64,000 nucleotides of DNA, taken from Selaginella moellendorffii (taxonomy: Eukaryota; Plantae; Lycopodiophyta). Below, in pieces: positions 50,501-63,539 of the stretch. How positions within the stretch are numbered: position 1 is the stretch's first letter; the number at the start of each line of letters is the position of its first letter. The translations under genes were made by a program, and so were the position numbers. The notes beneath the pieces are model-generated. The model worked only from the letters and a program-made list of their open reading frames with translations. It ran no database searches and had not been told where the DNA came from. Location of the stretch: contig NW_003314263.1 of the NCBI RefSeq assembly GCF_000143415.4, forward strand, positions 2,916,041 through 2,980,040, given 5' to 3'.

Positions 50501-52868
50501 AGGATGGCAACAAGCTTGTCGCAGCCTCAACAAGGGGTTCATTAACTTTGAGGCATCCATATGATTTAGAGGTCGACCATCACCTAATGAGTACTTCTCA
50601 ATAACTTCTCTGGCTCTCTTCACGCATTGCTCGTGTTGTTGCCTATAAAAGTGGTTCTCGACACCCGAAAACTTGAGCCAGGTAATTCGCTCTTCTTGAG
50701 GAGGAATATCTAGCTGGTCTATGACATCGATCTTCATAGACCGCCACATAATCTCACGGAAAAAGGAATGAGCAAAGTTAACTGCTCCCATTTTTCCTTT
50801 CTGGAGAGCAACGAGTGTTACTTACAATAAAAAGAAAAAAACACACAGTACCTCGTAAGGATGTTTTATGGCTTGCTGCCACCAAGTATGATTGTCAAAC
50901 GGCTCCGCTTGTAGAAATCTAAGCAAGCCATACAAATCATCCAGCCCCCGTTGAATGGGCGTTCCGCTAACACACCACTTGTTCTCCGCATGCAGCCTCA
51001 TAGCCATTTCAGTTGCTTTAGCAGTACTAGACTCCACCATCTGTGCTTCGTCCAAGCAAATTCTCCACCACTTCAATCTTGTGAGAGGGGTGGCAATCAC
51101 GTGGTACCTGAGAATACAAAAAGTTGACCAATCAACATAAAGAAAACAAGAGAAAGCTCATACTTCTTCTCAAACCGTAAAGTTTGTTGGTTCTCTTCTT
51201 CAATATCGTGACTTAAATCCGCTCGAAGAACATCATAGGTAGTAATTACCACATCTGCTGCTGCCAAATCGTGTGCTCCCACCTTTCTCAGACCAGAATT
51301 TTTTTCTCCCAATGTGATGCAACCCCGTTTCACGCCTTCGTAAACTAGAACTTTCACTGCATCCAGTTTTGTGTGCCTAGAAAAAGACGCAATCAGTATT
51401 TTCAAGGAAGAGAAAATATTGCAAAGTACCTGACGATTTCTTCCTGCCACTGCTTCAGTATCGCCGTGGGACAAACTATGAGAGTAGCCCCACACACGCC
51501 TTCAACCTCCGTGCTTGCAATCACCTCAAAGCATCCATCGCAAGCAAAAGCGTCGTCATCTTCGTCTGCTCCCTTGCTCTTCCTGGCTTTCTTCTTTTTT
51601 GGAGGCGAATAGCCAACGCAAGATGTATGCTGCCAGACATGGCAATGATCGCACTGAACCATCATGCCGCCAGCGTCATCATCGCCGCAGATGCATTCAA
51701 CTCTCTCGTTCTTACGTTCATCCAGCCTTTGCTGCAGTTTCTCAACCGCAGACTCCCACATTGCAGGTCCTTCGTGTCTGTTTGCTAGAATGCAAGCCAG
51801 CACCTCAACAGTTTTTCCAAGCCCCATTTCATCTACAGGTACAAATTAAAATTGTAAGAATATTTCGACAAAAGAATCCAATGTACCAGCTAGTATGCCC
51901 CCACGAACGTAGCTACAACAATCTCGAGGCTCGCGAGAAACCATCCCACTGCAAGACAATGAGAAAACAAATTCACTGACCAACAATGCAAAAGAGAGAT
52001 GGCGTACTTGAAAACGTTGTAGTAGAAAGACTTCTCTTTATCCAAAGACTCCACTAATACCCAAAGCGGGTGCCTCTTTCGCATGACTTCTTCCACAGCC
52101 GGGTCGGCTGTTTCTCGCTGAACCATCCAAAACACTGCTTGTTGTTGGTAAGTTCTAAGTTCCGGCAATAGCCCCTCAAGAGCGACGCTCCAGCATGGCT
52201 CATCTCTGCAATGATAAGTATCAGCAACAAAAGAATTTCGACGAAGAATCACACCTTTGTCTCTGAACTCCTCGGTATAAGCTCGAAGGATCAAACACCT
52301 CATTCTGGCTCTTACTTCTTGTCTCGGGGCCGTAGAAGAAACCGATAGAGAGCTCCGGCCTCAACCAAACGATCAAACTCTGAAGAGATCTTCGCAGCAT
52401 ATGGCTTGATTCCTCTTCACATGCCAGAAATAATCCACTGGTGATAAAAACTCGGACTCTCTCAGCTTCGTACCTTAAGCCTGCGAACCTCTTCTTCACA
52501 AGCAACACCAAGCTCGAGTAGATCTCTTGCGCACAATCCAGCTTCCCAGAGATCACACTTTCCTCCTGGAAAACCTCCAGCGACAAATCGTCCACTACTC
52601 CCAGCTGACCGAATCTTGAGGCGCTGCTTGAGAACCGGAGCCTCACCCCTGGATTGCCGTCGCTCGAGGATTCCAGCGGGGAGACGGAAATATCCTCCAG
52701 GGCAATTTCCCCAATCTCTGCGTCCTTCTCTCTGTCGATCGACACTGACACTACATCCTGCCATTTCTTGCTCACCGATTCCACGGATTTCTTCCGGCGC
52801 TTCGTCGGGGGCTCATCGATGGGAGATTTGGATGCCTTGAGAGGCGCGCTCTGCTTGCGCCTCGCCAT
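47558..52868 (-). CDS. SHPRH: SHPRH-like SNF2 helicase / PHD / RING E3 ubiquitin ligase (multi-exon)
   Basis: EMGLGKTVEVLACIL, PHD CICG..QCDHCHVWQHTSC, WWRICLDEAQMV, SGTPIQ, LRQACCHPQVG, RING, GANGLNLIEAQHV..QAINRVHRIGQ. Confidence 0.93.
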
Positions 52869-52946
52869 GTTTCCACGCTACCTATATAGATTATCAAAAT
52901 TTTAGGGTTCTTCCGGAGATTAGGGTTTAGCTAGGCGCGAACGACC
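52869..52946. promoter_or_regulatory. 78-bp bidirectional intergenic region with telo-box (TAGGGTTT 52921-52928)
   Basis: Divergent ATGs at 52868 and 52947; motif seen directly. Confidence 0.55.
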
Positions 52947-53985
52947 ATGGAGGCGCGGAGGGAGCGGCGTGTGGAATCGCTGGGATGGCTCACCGAGTCG
53001 TCGGTGATGCCCAAGAAGCAGAAGGTGATCGAGGGCGTGGGGGCGGGCTCCATTGTGGAGCTCCGGGCGCAGCTCTATCAAACCCAGGAAGCAGTCAAGC
53101 AGGGCGATTCTACCGTGCTTGTTCGCTCCCGGAAGAAGAGTGATCTCTTCAGCAAGAAGAATCCTGGCGTGGATGATCGCGAGACGAGGTACATTTTTTT
53201 TTCTTCCCTGTTTGTAGTTCCTAGTTCACGATTAAAGTTTCCAAAAACTTCTTTAATGCGTAGCTCTTAGCTCCTAGCGTTTAAATTCTTCCTTTTCAAT
53301 CTTGTCTCCTCGATTTCTCCATGGATGTCCTTTCATGTCTGAGTTTGTTCTCCAGTTCTTGTGACTTCTTCTTTCTCATTTCATACTCGATACTTTCATA
53401 ACACTCGTATAGTTTTTTATTTCCAGGGACAAGCTCATCTTCAAACAGGAGAGAGATGGCACCGCGAGCTATGAAGCGCTCGAGAAGAAAGCTCAATTGT
53501 ATGACAAGCTGGTAAGGGGAGAGCTCCCCGACGAGGAAGAAAAGGAGAAGTACAGTGTGGACTTCCTCCGCAAGGGATTCCTGGAAGACGAGAAGGAAGA
53601 GATGGAACGTAACAGGAGGGGCGAGACTTCAGCCGACGACGACGAGCCCGAGAGCCTGTCCGACATGAACTTCTTGCCGGGGAAGCCAACTTACGGTCCC
53701 AACCACAAGGAACTAGTGAGGTAAGAGCACAAGTTCTTCGTGATCCAGAACTAAAAAAAAATCTCTTTTTTGTTTGCCTTTCGCTACAGGGAAGTGAATC
53801 GAGAAACGGTGGAAGCGCGGGAGAAAGCTGCGGAGCTCAAGCAACGAAGGCAGAGCATTGCAGAGAAACAAAGGGCGAGGCTCAGAAAGGCGTTTGTCAA
53901 GAAGGAACTCGAGAAGCACAAGTCCAGTGCTGCGAATTCTCACGCCCCACCAGCAGAGCCTCTTCAACAAGAGCAACAAGCGTGA
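52947..53985 (+). CDS. CCDC174-like conserved coiled-coil protein; exons 52947-53188, 53427-53720, 53790-53985
   Basis: VESLGWLTESSVMPKK..SIVELRAQLY, ALEKKAQLYDKLVRGE..KYSVDF; canonical GT-AG introns. Confidence 0.75.
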
Positions 53986-55399
53986 ATTCTCGGGAGGCTG
54001 AATTCTCCCAGTTGCCATCAGATGATTAGTAAAAGCCTTAAATTCCTAAACTTAATAACAACGATTACAAAGGTGCTGAATCCAGGAAGCTTGCAATCCC
54101 AGAAGTGGGCTCCTATACCTCCACCGAGCACAAGATGTTTCACTACATGGGCCGCAAGGTAACGCTGGATGTCATCGAATTCATCTTGGACTCCGATGAT
54201 CATACGTGGGAGCTGAAAAGCGTTTTCAAGGTTTTGGGAGCGCTTGAGCGGAAGGTTTACGTTGTGTTTGATTTTGGGCACAAGCTCAGCTCTGAAAACA
54301 CAGGCTGCGAAGCTGAGAGAAAAGCCAGGCTATCTGAAGGCGTTTGCTCTTGGCCTTATTGCCGAACGGACAGAGCTGGCGACTATGAAGCTCAGATCGG
54401 AGGAAGTGGCCCGCTGGGTGAATGCTAATCGCTATCGACACCAACTTCTCTCGCAGAGGTTGGAATGCTGAAGAGGCGACGATTCTCGCAATGAAGTTCC
54501 TGGAGCCCAGAGTAGAGTTCCTAGACCATGCGATAGATGTCAAGCCGGAGAAGGTTGTGCGGTTCCGGGAAGATTTTCGAAGAAGTTACCCGCCGGTTGC
54601 AAGGAGTGGCACCGATCAAGCTTACGCATATGGGAGCGGATGTATATTATGTGTCGCGGGACTGGATTATCCATCTTCCTGCGGGAATTCTTGGGATCTT
54701 CCTCTTCGCAGTGCTCCTCTCCGACGGAACACGAGTCGCAGATCCAAACATCGACCTTCCCCGCGTCCCCAAGCGTGATGCACTTTTCGTGGTCCGAGGA
54801 GTGGCAAAAGTCGCGCTTTGCTCGTGCCTGTGCCACAAGCCGAGCAGCAGTCTGATCTGGGTAACCCCTTCAGGTCGATCACCTCGAGACTCTCGTGAAC
54901 GTCTGCAAAGCTCATGACGAGCTGAAGAGGCGATTCTGATGTTTCCGCATGTCCTCATCTTGTCCGTGTGTGTTATCCAGCACCGTAGCGTCTTCCTCGT
55001 TTCCTCCCCCTTGAAGAGCTCATTCGCAACTTCTAAAGTGCGACGATGGTGCTTCATGGCCTTGGTAGCGTCCATGATAGAACTTATAGTATACAACTAA
55101 CAAACTTCTTTGTACGCGTGGCTGTTCAACACTGACAAGTTCTCTACATATATGTTGGTGCCACCATGAAGAACGAATAAACATCTTGAACACTTTCAAT
55201 GTAACTGTGCTTTTTCGATTCGCTTCTGCCTCTCTCTGCTTCGCTTCCGTAATATGTCTGAGAACATATCGCGAGGCACGTCCATGGACACCATTACCAT
55301 AGGAATTCGGACTTTCAATGTTGCTGTGCGAGATGAGGCTTGTCACGCACTGTCGAAATGTATATGTTGATCTGATTGGGATGAAAACGAAAAGATGGC

Positions 55400-55580
55400 A
55401 CTTCGACATGAACTTCTTGCCAGCAACCACAAGGAGCGAGTGAGGTAAGACCACAAGTTCTTCATGATTCAGAACTTAAAAGAAGTAAACCGAACGGCCG
55501 AGGCGTTTGTCAAGAAGGAACCCGAGCAAAAATGCAGTGCTGGAAATCCTCACGGCCCTCCTGCGGAGCCTCTTCAATCC
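55400..55580 (+). pseudogene. Degenerate duplicate of the 3' end of the CCDC174-like gene
   Basis: cgacatgaacttcttgcc..aaccacaagga..gtgaggtaaga..ggcgtttgtcaagaaggaa matches 53660-53970. Confidence 0.75.
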
Positions 55581-55672
55581 ACCTAAAAAAGGCCCGTCTT
55601 CTTGACTATCAAAAAGAGGGATTGAGTCACGAGGCAATCATATTTCAAGAGATTCTGTAATAGGTGCAGAAA

Positions 55673-56098
55673 CTATAACAACGGCATTCCTCCAGTCTGG
55701 TGAAGCATGGCATCTATTTCATCGCCATCTTCCATTTCCAACTACAAAGAACAATCAAGAAAAAAAAAAGAAAAGGAAAAGAAGAAACGCTACCTCCTCT
55801 GGTGTTTGATCCTCACGGAGCCTTTTGCCATCTAGAAGAAACGCTATCGAGTCCGGTGCCACCGACATTCGCTCGCAATAGGCCTTCATAAGCTTCGCCA
55901 ACCGCGTGTTACGCCTGATCGAGAAGCAAATCTCGTTTCCATCCTACAAGATCATCAAACAAGCAAGAGAAACCAAGAGATCCAACCCCTGCCAGTGAAA
56001 TCAATGGCTTCTTTTACCTGGCTCTTCACTTTGAGATTCATGTGATCGCCAGGCTTTTTCTCTGGCTTCACGTCCGGCGTCTCGCTCGAGCCCTCCAT
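55673..56098 (-). CDS. SUMO: Small ubiquitin-like modifier (SUMO), 99 aa; exons 56098-56018, 55943-55794, 55741-55673
   Basis: Spliced [27 protein letters not shown]|[36 protein letters not shown]|[22 protein letters not shown]; absent from the supplied ORF track. Confidence 0.95.
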
Positions 56099-56160
56099 TA
56101 GAGAGAAAAAAAACCCTGATTTTCTTTCTTTTTATTTACATACAAGAAGGAAAAGTATAA

Positions 56161-57281
56161 CTACGATGCCGTTGATTCTTTGTTAGATTTCTCTGCTTTG
56201 AATGCCTGATCGCTCTTCTCAAAGATAGTTGCGCGGCGATTGTAATCCTCGGGGGATTTGCTGTTATCCTTTTTCATCACGATCTCTTCCAAGTATCCCA
56301 ATCGATCAGCAATCTTGGCTGGAACAACCGAAGGCACAAATTCGATCTTTGGTCAAGAAAAACGCTTACCTGGATCTTTTGTTTTCGATCCCTCGTCGCA
56401 TTTTGATTCGCTATTCCCCAAAGTTTTCTTGGGTTTCTCCTGCTCGTCTGGAATCGCCGTGGCCCAGACTCTCCAGTCTCGTCCGGAGGAACCGGGAAGA
56501 AAAGCACTGGCATTCTCTCCGCCGGGGGAAGAATCCGGGGTCTCTGGAGTGCTAAAAACTGGATTTTTACCTCCGTCTGGAAGAGTTTCCTGGAGCAAGT
56601 TCTTCAGATTCTCCCCGACTGCCTCCGAGTTCCCTGTAATCGACTCTGCTGCGGCCTGGACTCCACTCCCGCTCGCCGCGAGCTTGTCATTCAAGAGATA
56701 CTGCTGCTCGATATCGTCCAGATCTTTCTCCTGCCTGGAATCGAATGCCTCGGACCCAACCTTTCCAGACTCTTCCTCGTTGTTTTTATGGTCGGTGCCA
56801 GTGAAAGTTTCGAGCACTTCGCTCGCATCACTTCCCCCAGTGAATTCCAAACTCCCGCGAGAAATCCACACTGGACTCTTCTCTTCCCCCTCCGTCTCCA
56901 CCGATTCATGATTCTTTCCCTCCGCTACACTGCCTCGGACGTCGATTCCACCTCCATCTTCCATACTGTCTCGAGAAGCCAGCGCGTCCGCGTCGTCCAA
57001 AGCAGTGCTCTCGCTTTGATTCTACCCAAAGAACAAAGAAATAGAAGAAATGAGAATTCTCCAAGCTCGATCAATCGATCGATCGATCGACGTACCTTGC
57101 TATTCGCCCTGACGCAACTCGTTCCGGCACGCGTCCAAAGCGATGGCGCCACAAGTCGCGAGCAGCAGCGCCCACAGAAAACCCTCTTGGATCCTAGCCG
57201 CGATCCACTCGATCCAATCCCCGATCCACTCGATCCAATCCCGAATGCGCTCGCAGCAGCACTAGCATTGATCATCGCCAT
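56161..57281 (-). CDS. Uncharacterised acidic protein with probable plastid transit peptide (about 3 exons; last junction uncertain)
   Basis: Ser/Ala/Arg-rich N-terminus; intron 57095-57022 joins in frame to the 56353..57000 ORF; terminal exon EDYNRRATIFEKSDQAFKA. Confidence 0.55.
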
Positions 57282-57405
57282 TGTCAGTTGCCCTAAGAAG
57301 CTCGATTGGAGCCCTAAAAAACCAGAGGCGCGAAAGTGAGCCTACACGTGGCGATACGTGGCAGCACCACATTAGGTTGAGTGGATAGATTGGATTTGTG
57401 TTTAA

Positions 57406-58346
57406 TTAATTGGCTCTATCTCTAATGACTTCTATGTCCATTTCGGTTGGATCGGTTGCTTGAACTTCATAGTGGATTCCATCGAGTTCTCGCCGGATCC
57501 TGTCCTTGGAGCTCGCGTAGATCATCTTGTTCTTCACCCTGGAAAGATCTGGGGACCTGAGAAAAAGAAAGATCGCATATAAAGATTCTAAGAGAGAGCT
57601 TGAGAAAAGTTTGAGAAAATGCTAGCGAGCGAGGAAGAGATTGAAAGAACTGCGAGGAACTGTCTGACCCAGATCGAAACGAGCAATGGAGCTAAGATCC
57701 ATCTAGAAGCTCTAGAATCGATCCTTCAAGTTTTAGCTATAGCTAGAGAGAACTTCTAGCGTGAGAGAATTGCGAGAAAGACTGCCTGACCCAAACGAAC
57801 AATGAAGCTAAGATCCATCTATAAAGCTCTAGAATCTATCCTCCAAGTTCTAGCTGAGAGCTTGAGAAAAGTTTGAGAAAATGCTAGCGAGGAAGAGATT
57901 GAAAAGAACTGCGAGCAAAGACTATCTGAGAGAGATATCACTCTATCGAGCACGCTATCAAAGAGGAAAGGAATGGAGACATACCATGCAATGAAAAAAA
58001 TCTTGCTCTTTTGGCACAAATCCTCCGTCACGAAATCGAAATCGAAGACCGCGTACCGGCAATCGCTCTCTGGCAAGCACGCTGCGAAATCATCGTAGCT
58101 CTCGGCAGGAGCGCCCGTCTTCTCCACCACGACCTCGTTGGTGGCGTCGTCGATCTTGAAGATGAGGTAGCGGTACGCCTTCTTCCTCTGGAGCTCCAGG
58201 AATTTGTTCTTGCACTCGCCACTCACGGCCATTCCAGAGCCTGCATTTCCCTTCAAGAACACGAAATCCAGCTAAGCAAACCCCGATATTTCGCGAGATC
58301 CACACCATACCAGGCCAGCGCTGAGCGATCGCCTCCAAGAAGCCAT
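57406..58346 (-). CDS. ADF: Actin-depolymerizing factor/cofilin; exons 58250-57985 and 57556-57406 plus a short first exon (ATG at 58346 or 58308)
   Basis: [49 protein letters not shown]|[40 protein letters not shown]. Confidence 0.95.
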
Positions 58347-58757
58347 AGGATTCACCTCAAAATCTCTGCAACAAAAGAGAAGAAATGCTGGAGATCCCTC
58401 CAGACCTAGCTGCGATGATCTTATTCCGGGACGCCGGCCCCGAAATTCGACGCGCTTCGCGAAAGTGTTGGCATCGACTAGCTAAAGCGATCGAATATTC
58501 GTACTGATTAAAGTGATCAAAACTTTTCCCTTTTACTTTACTCGCTAATCGAATATTCTTATTATAAAGATTTGAACCCAGCACCTTTCTCTTACTTAAC
58601 CAGATGAGCTATGAGATAAAAATTACTTTTACAGGAATCAATTAATTGCACTTTAAATTTCTTTTAATATGTTATTATAACGTATTCATACTGGTTAATC
58701 TACCTAAAACCATTCCACATTACTTTAGTAATATACTACACTAAGACACTTTTTTAA

Positions 58758-58817
58758 ATTTCCTTTAATCCATCATTGTAATACTGAGATTGGATTTAAT
58801 GATGGATTAAAGGAAAT
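58758..58817. repeat. Perfect 20-bp inverted repeat with 20-nt loop in the RBR 3' region
   Basis: ATTTCCTTTAATCCATCATT...AATGATGGATTAAAGGAAAT. Confidence 0.85.
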
Positions 58818-58828
58818 CTGAACTGCAC

Positions 58829-59984
58829 TTAATTGAAAGCTCTTACGCAAGAATGGTTTGCACGAATCCATTTCTTTCCGCACATGTAGCAAAACTCATA
58901 GTCGCATCTGCAAGAAAGTTTTTTTAAAAAGGCTCCAAATTTAAAGAGAAAAAGAAAAATTCACATACTTGCATTTAATGTGTTCGCATCCACCGTCACG
59001 CTCGATAATCCGCCCACACCTCTCACACTGTGCCCACTGCTTTCTCTTTGCCAGCGTGTGCAGCAGCGCGCCCTCCACGTCACGCAGATGGGCAGGAAGC
59101 GCCTGAAACGTGTCGCACGACATGTCCACGTGCCATGCCACGTTGCACCGCAAGCACATCTTATTCTCGCATCTGGAACACGTCACACAGGCCCGAGCAG
59201 GCGCGGATGCCGAGCTGAAAGATGACGTGGACTCGGACACCTCCAGCTCCCGCCTGTCCATCATCTCGGAGCAGTCCTTGTACGGACAGTACACTTTATA
59301 CTCCGCCGGGATGCTCAAGTCCTTGACGCGCTTGGCTAGCATTTCCAAGGTCTTCTCGGACAGCAAACGCCCACACTCTTCGTCGCTGAAACTCACCGCG
59401 CAGTTCACCGCGGGGCACCGGATATTCACCTCACCCTGCGTCACTTTCACCGCGGCGTGCCGCTCCACGCAGTGGACGCAGAACCGGTGGTCACACCCCG
59501 ACACCGTGACCATCTCGCTGGAAAACCGGTTCTCGGCGCAGATGGTACACACCTCGGTGACGTCCGCGGCCGGCACGGGCAGCATATGCTCTCCCACGGG
59601 TGGCGCATATTCCCCGCCGTACCGTGCGTCCAGGTCGTCAAACTCCACCAGCGGCTCGTCCGCGCGCCGGTAGTCCGTGTCCCCCAACACGTTCCAGTGC
59701 CGGTGGAGATCCTCCGCGAGCCGTCGGTCGTGGTCCAGCTGGCGCAATCGACGGCTCTCCCTGCGCTGCTCCAGCTCCGCCAGCCGCCGGTCGGCCTCCT
59801 CCTGCTGCCACTTGATGACGTCGGCCAAGTATACGCGAAGAACAGCGGCGACGTCGGAATCTAACGATTCCATCCTTGATTCCATGCTGGATGCTGCGTG
59901 ATCGTCTCCCCCAAATCCCTGCTGCTGCGAGACTTGGATCGCTTCCATCATCTGCAAGCCAAAAGCGAGAATGTCATCCGCCAT
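58829..59984 (-). CDS. RBR (RING1-IBR-RING2) E3 ubiquitin ligase; exons 59984-58969, 58907-58829
   Basis: CTIC..CDHRFCVHC..CPAVNC; IBR CPYKDC..CSRC..CLRC..WH; RING2 CERC..GCEHIKC|KCDYEFCYMC. Confidence 0.92.
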
Positions 59985-60098
59985 TGCAATGGGGAGAGAA
60001 GAATGAGGAGAACTTTAAAAGATAGCCCTGGACCCAAAGAAGAACGAGAATCTCCAAAAAATAAATCCAAAAAAACGAGATTAAAACAAAAAGGAGTT

Positions 60099-60181
60099 TC
60101 CGACCTGCCGGAATCGAACCAGCGACCTAAGGATGTCTGGATCACTACAGTCCTCCGCTCTACCAACTGAGCTAAGGTCGG
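60099..60181 (-). tRNA. trnY: tRNA-Tyr (GTA) with 10-nt intron
   Basis: CCGACCTTAGCTCAGTTGGTAGAGCGGAGGACTGTAG-tgatccagac-ATCCTTAGGTCGCTGGTTCGATTCCGGCAGGTCGGA followed by a T-run. Confidence 0.96.
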
Positions 60182-60295
60182 ATTGCTGAACAAAACCAGT
60201 TTTTTTTCCATCTCCAGGTTTAGTCTTACCAATTTTAGCAAAACTTTACCACTGCGTTAAAACTTCTCTACAAAACTTGGTCTCACAGAAAATTT

Positions 60296-62978
60296 CTATT
60301 CATCGGTCACGCAGCCTTCGGAGGCGGACTTCACATTCTTGATGTACTGCAAAGAAATCAAATCCACATTCGTGAAAACTTTGACAGCTTTTTATTTGCT
60401 TTGTTCTTACCTTGTATAGCGTTCCACGAGTTGCCTTGAGAGGTGGCGCTGTCCACGCTTTCTTTCGTGCCGCTAGCTCGTCCTCGGCCACGCCGAGATC
60501 AATCAGTCGCTTCTCAATGTCAAGAGTGATTCTATCTCCATCTCGGACTAAGGCGATTGGACCCCCAACCTGGAAATCACACAACATGAATTTAACAAAT
60601 AGAGACGAAATGAGCTCGTTTGTGTGAGTACCTGGGCTTCTGGACAAATGTGTCCAACGACAAAACCATGAGAACCTCCTGAAAATCTCCCATCCGTGAG
60701 GAGAGCTACTTCCTGGAAAGAAAGGGAGTGAGGTTATCATGGCAAAACATAGAAAACGAACTTTACACACCTTCCCCAAGCCAGCACCCATGATCGCACT
60801 TGTAGGAGTTAGCATCTCAGGCATTCCCGGACCACCTTTGGGACCTTCTCCCCTGATAACAATCACGGCGCCCTGAGTATTTCACCGATCACCAGTGATT
60901 ATCATATCTTGCTTTGGACAGAGAGAAAAAAGTATACCTTGAAGCTTTGAGGATTCTCAGATAGCGCTGAAAGCATAGCTTCTTCGCCTTCGAAAACCCG
61001 AGCAGGACCTGGCAAGCAAAAATCTCGTAATTAGTAAAAAGAACAAACAACAAAATGCATTTCCACCTGAAAAGTAAAGACCCTCTTTCCCAGTGATTTT
61101 TGCAACGGAGCCCTCGGGAGCAAGGTTTCCATACAAGATCTGTATGTGGCCAGTCGACTTGATAGGCCGATCCAGTGGATGTATGACATCCTGTGAAATA
61201 TTGTGTCAAGGAAACACAAGGCTGAATTTAAGTTACCTGTCCCTCGCTCAAGGGCGGGCAGATGGATATATTTTCCGACAAGGTTTTGCCAGTCACTGGA
61301 CATACCAGAAAAGAGAGAGAGAGAAACAAAAAAAAAACGTTACTTCGCGCAAGATGACTCCATTTCTTGAAGTTACCAGTGATGCAGTCGCCATTGAGGT
61401 AGCCCTCCTCAAGCAGATACTTTAAAACGCCAGGCGTTCCACCGATCTGTGACATCGCAATATATTGTGAGTCACCACAAAACTGGGAATTACAGACCTT
61501 ATGCAAGTCCTCCATTACATACTTCCCGCTGGGTTTAAGATCAGCGATAAACGGAACTTTGTCACTAACTTTCTGAAAGTCGTCCAAGGTCAGTGGTACG
61601 TTTACTGACCTGCGTAACTAGCGAAACTCAATAACAACCAGAAAGATCAGATTTTCACTACCTCGCAATTGCGATCAGGTGTAGCACGGCATTTGTCGAT
61701 CCTCCCAGCGCCATTACGACGACCATGGCATTGTGAAGCGACTCTTTCGTGATTATGTCTTTCGGTTTCAAGTCCATCTTCAGCAGCTCCAGCAAGTGTT
61801 TTCCCACCAGTCGGCATTCTTGTAGCTTCAGAGGGTCTTCAGCTGGAATGGAAGAACTGCATTTACAAAAGAAAAGACAAATAAATAATATCGGAAAACA
61901 CGTAAAAGACTAAGAGAGAGACCTGTAAGGAAGGGACATGCCTAAGGCTTCAATGGCGCTGGCCATGGTATTTGCCGTGTACATTCCACCACAAGCTCCA
62001 GCACCTGGACATGAATGTTGCAAAACTTTCAGTCGCTGCTCGTCAGAAATGTGACCACCAACATATTCTCCGTAGCTCTGTACGTTAAGAAAAATAAACC
62101 GAGAAGACAATGAAAACACAGCATAGGCTTCGTTTACGCGACCACCATGAGAAAAACAAAGAACCAGAAATACCTGGAAAGCTGACACTATATCGTACGT
62201 ATGCCCGTTCACGATTCCTGGCTGAACCAACACTTTCAGCAAGCACGAACAAAAGAAACCAAAAACAAAGAGAAAACTTACTTTGATAGTTCCTCCGTAA
62301 ACCATAATACTTGGTCGATTCAGCCTTCCCATTGCAATGAGAGTTCCTGGCATCTAAAAGCACAAAGAAAGAATGAGAAAACAAAAAAGAAACAAGAAAG
62401 ACAAAGGAGAGCATAGAGAAGTTTTCGAAAGAGCTTGCTCGATCACCTACATTCTTATCGCAGCCTGGAATGGAGACATTTGCATCGTACCACTGTCCAC
62501 CCATGACGGTCTCGATGCTATCAGCTATCAAATCCCGCGACTGCAAGCTATAGCACATCCCCTCGGTGCCCATCGAGATGGCATCGCTCACTCCCACGGT
62601 GTTGAAACGAAATCCCACCATGCCAGCCTCACGCACGCCCTCCTTGACAGCCTCGGAGAGCTTGAGCAAATGCATATTGCAAGTATTGCCCTCGTACCAC
62701 ACCGAGGAGATCCCGACCTGCGCCTTGGACATGTCCTCGTCGCGCAGCCCCACGCCATAGAGCACGGCCTGCGACGCGCCCTGGGATTTGGGCTGCGTCA
62801 CGCGGCTGCTGTAGCGATTCAACACGATCGCGTGCTCGCCGGCGCCCTGCTGCCGCGATGGAGCGGCGATTTCTGTGGGGGAGGAGCTCACCGATGCCCT
62901 GGCGATGGAGGACGGCGCCGCATTCTTGCGAGGGATTGGCCGCGCCGGGCCGAGAGCGCTCCCCAGTAGCTGTGCCAT
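60296..62978 (-). CDS. DHAD: Dihydroxy-acid dehydratase, plastid (multi-exon)
   Basis: [34 protein letters not shown]|[44 protein letters not shown], ends VTDE*. Confidence 0.97.
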
Positions 62979-63539
62979 TTTCTCCCCAGGATTTAGGGTT
63001 TTGGACCCTTTAGGGTTTATCTCTCGTAACCCTTTAAGAAATAATATATAGTTATAGTCATTAGTAATTAATTATACGTATAATAATTACAGTTATTATT
63101 AGTTAATTAAAATTATATTTAAATTTATATCATGACAACTGTGTATGAATGACATGATCGATCAAAACGTCCAGCTCCAGGTAATTCTTTCCTCCTACTT
63201 TCTTTTCAAAAGAAAAAGGTGGCGAACATTCCAAACTTTCTCCATGTCCTTCGTACTTGGGTACTGTATGGTCGGCAACTGCATTGACTAAGTTTTTCCA
63301 TATTGATATACGGCAGCGATGACGTGGTCTTCTGGAACGCGTCTAACAGACAAGACAAGCTTTTGAAAGCCGCGACGATCTATAACTCTAAAGCGATGAA
63401 TCCAAAAGAAACCTTTTGACCAAAGGGAGAAGTCTAGCAATCTAGCTCACACTGCAGGCTTCTTACACTGGAAAGTATACAGATAAATAGACAATCACGA
63501 CGTGTATAGGACGCTCTCTTTACTTCTCCTTGCTTTGCA

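Noticed and set aside
33439-50938. Possibility that the tandem duplication is two mis-assembled haplotypes
   Set aside because: One copy has many inactivating lesions in two conserved genes and a chimeric breakpoint, unlike allelic variation; the same caveat is not fully excluded for the 1-17254 inverted arms
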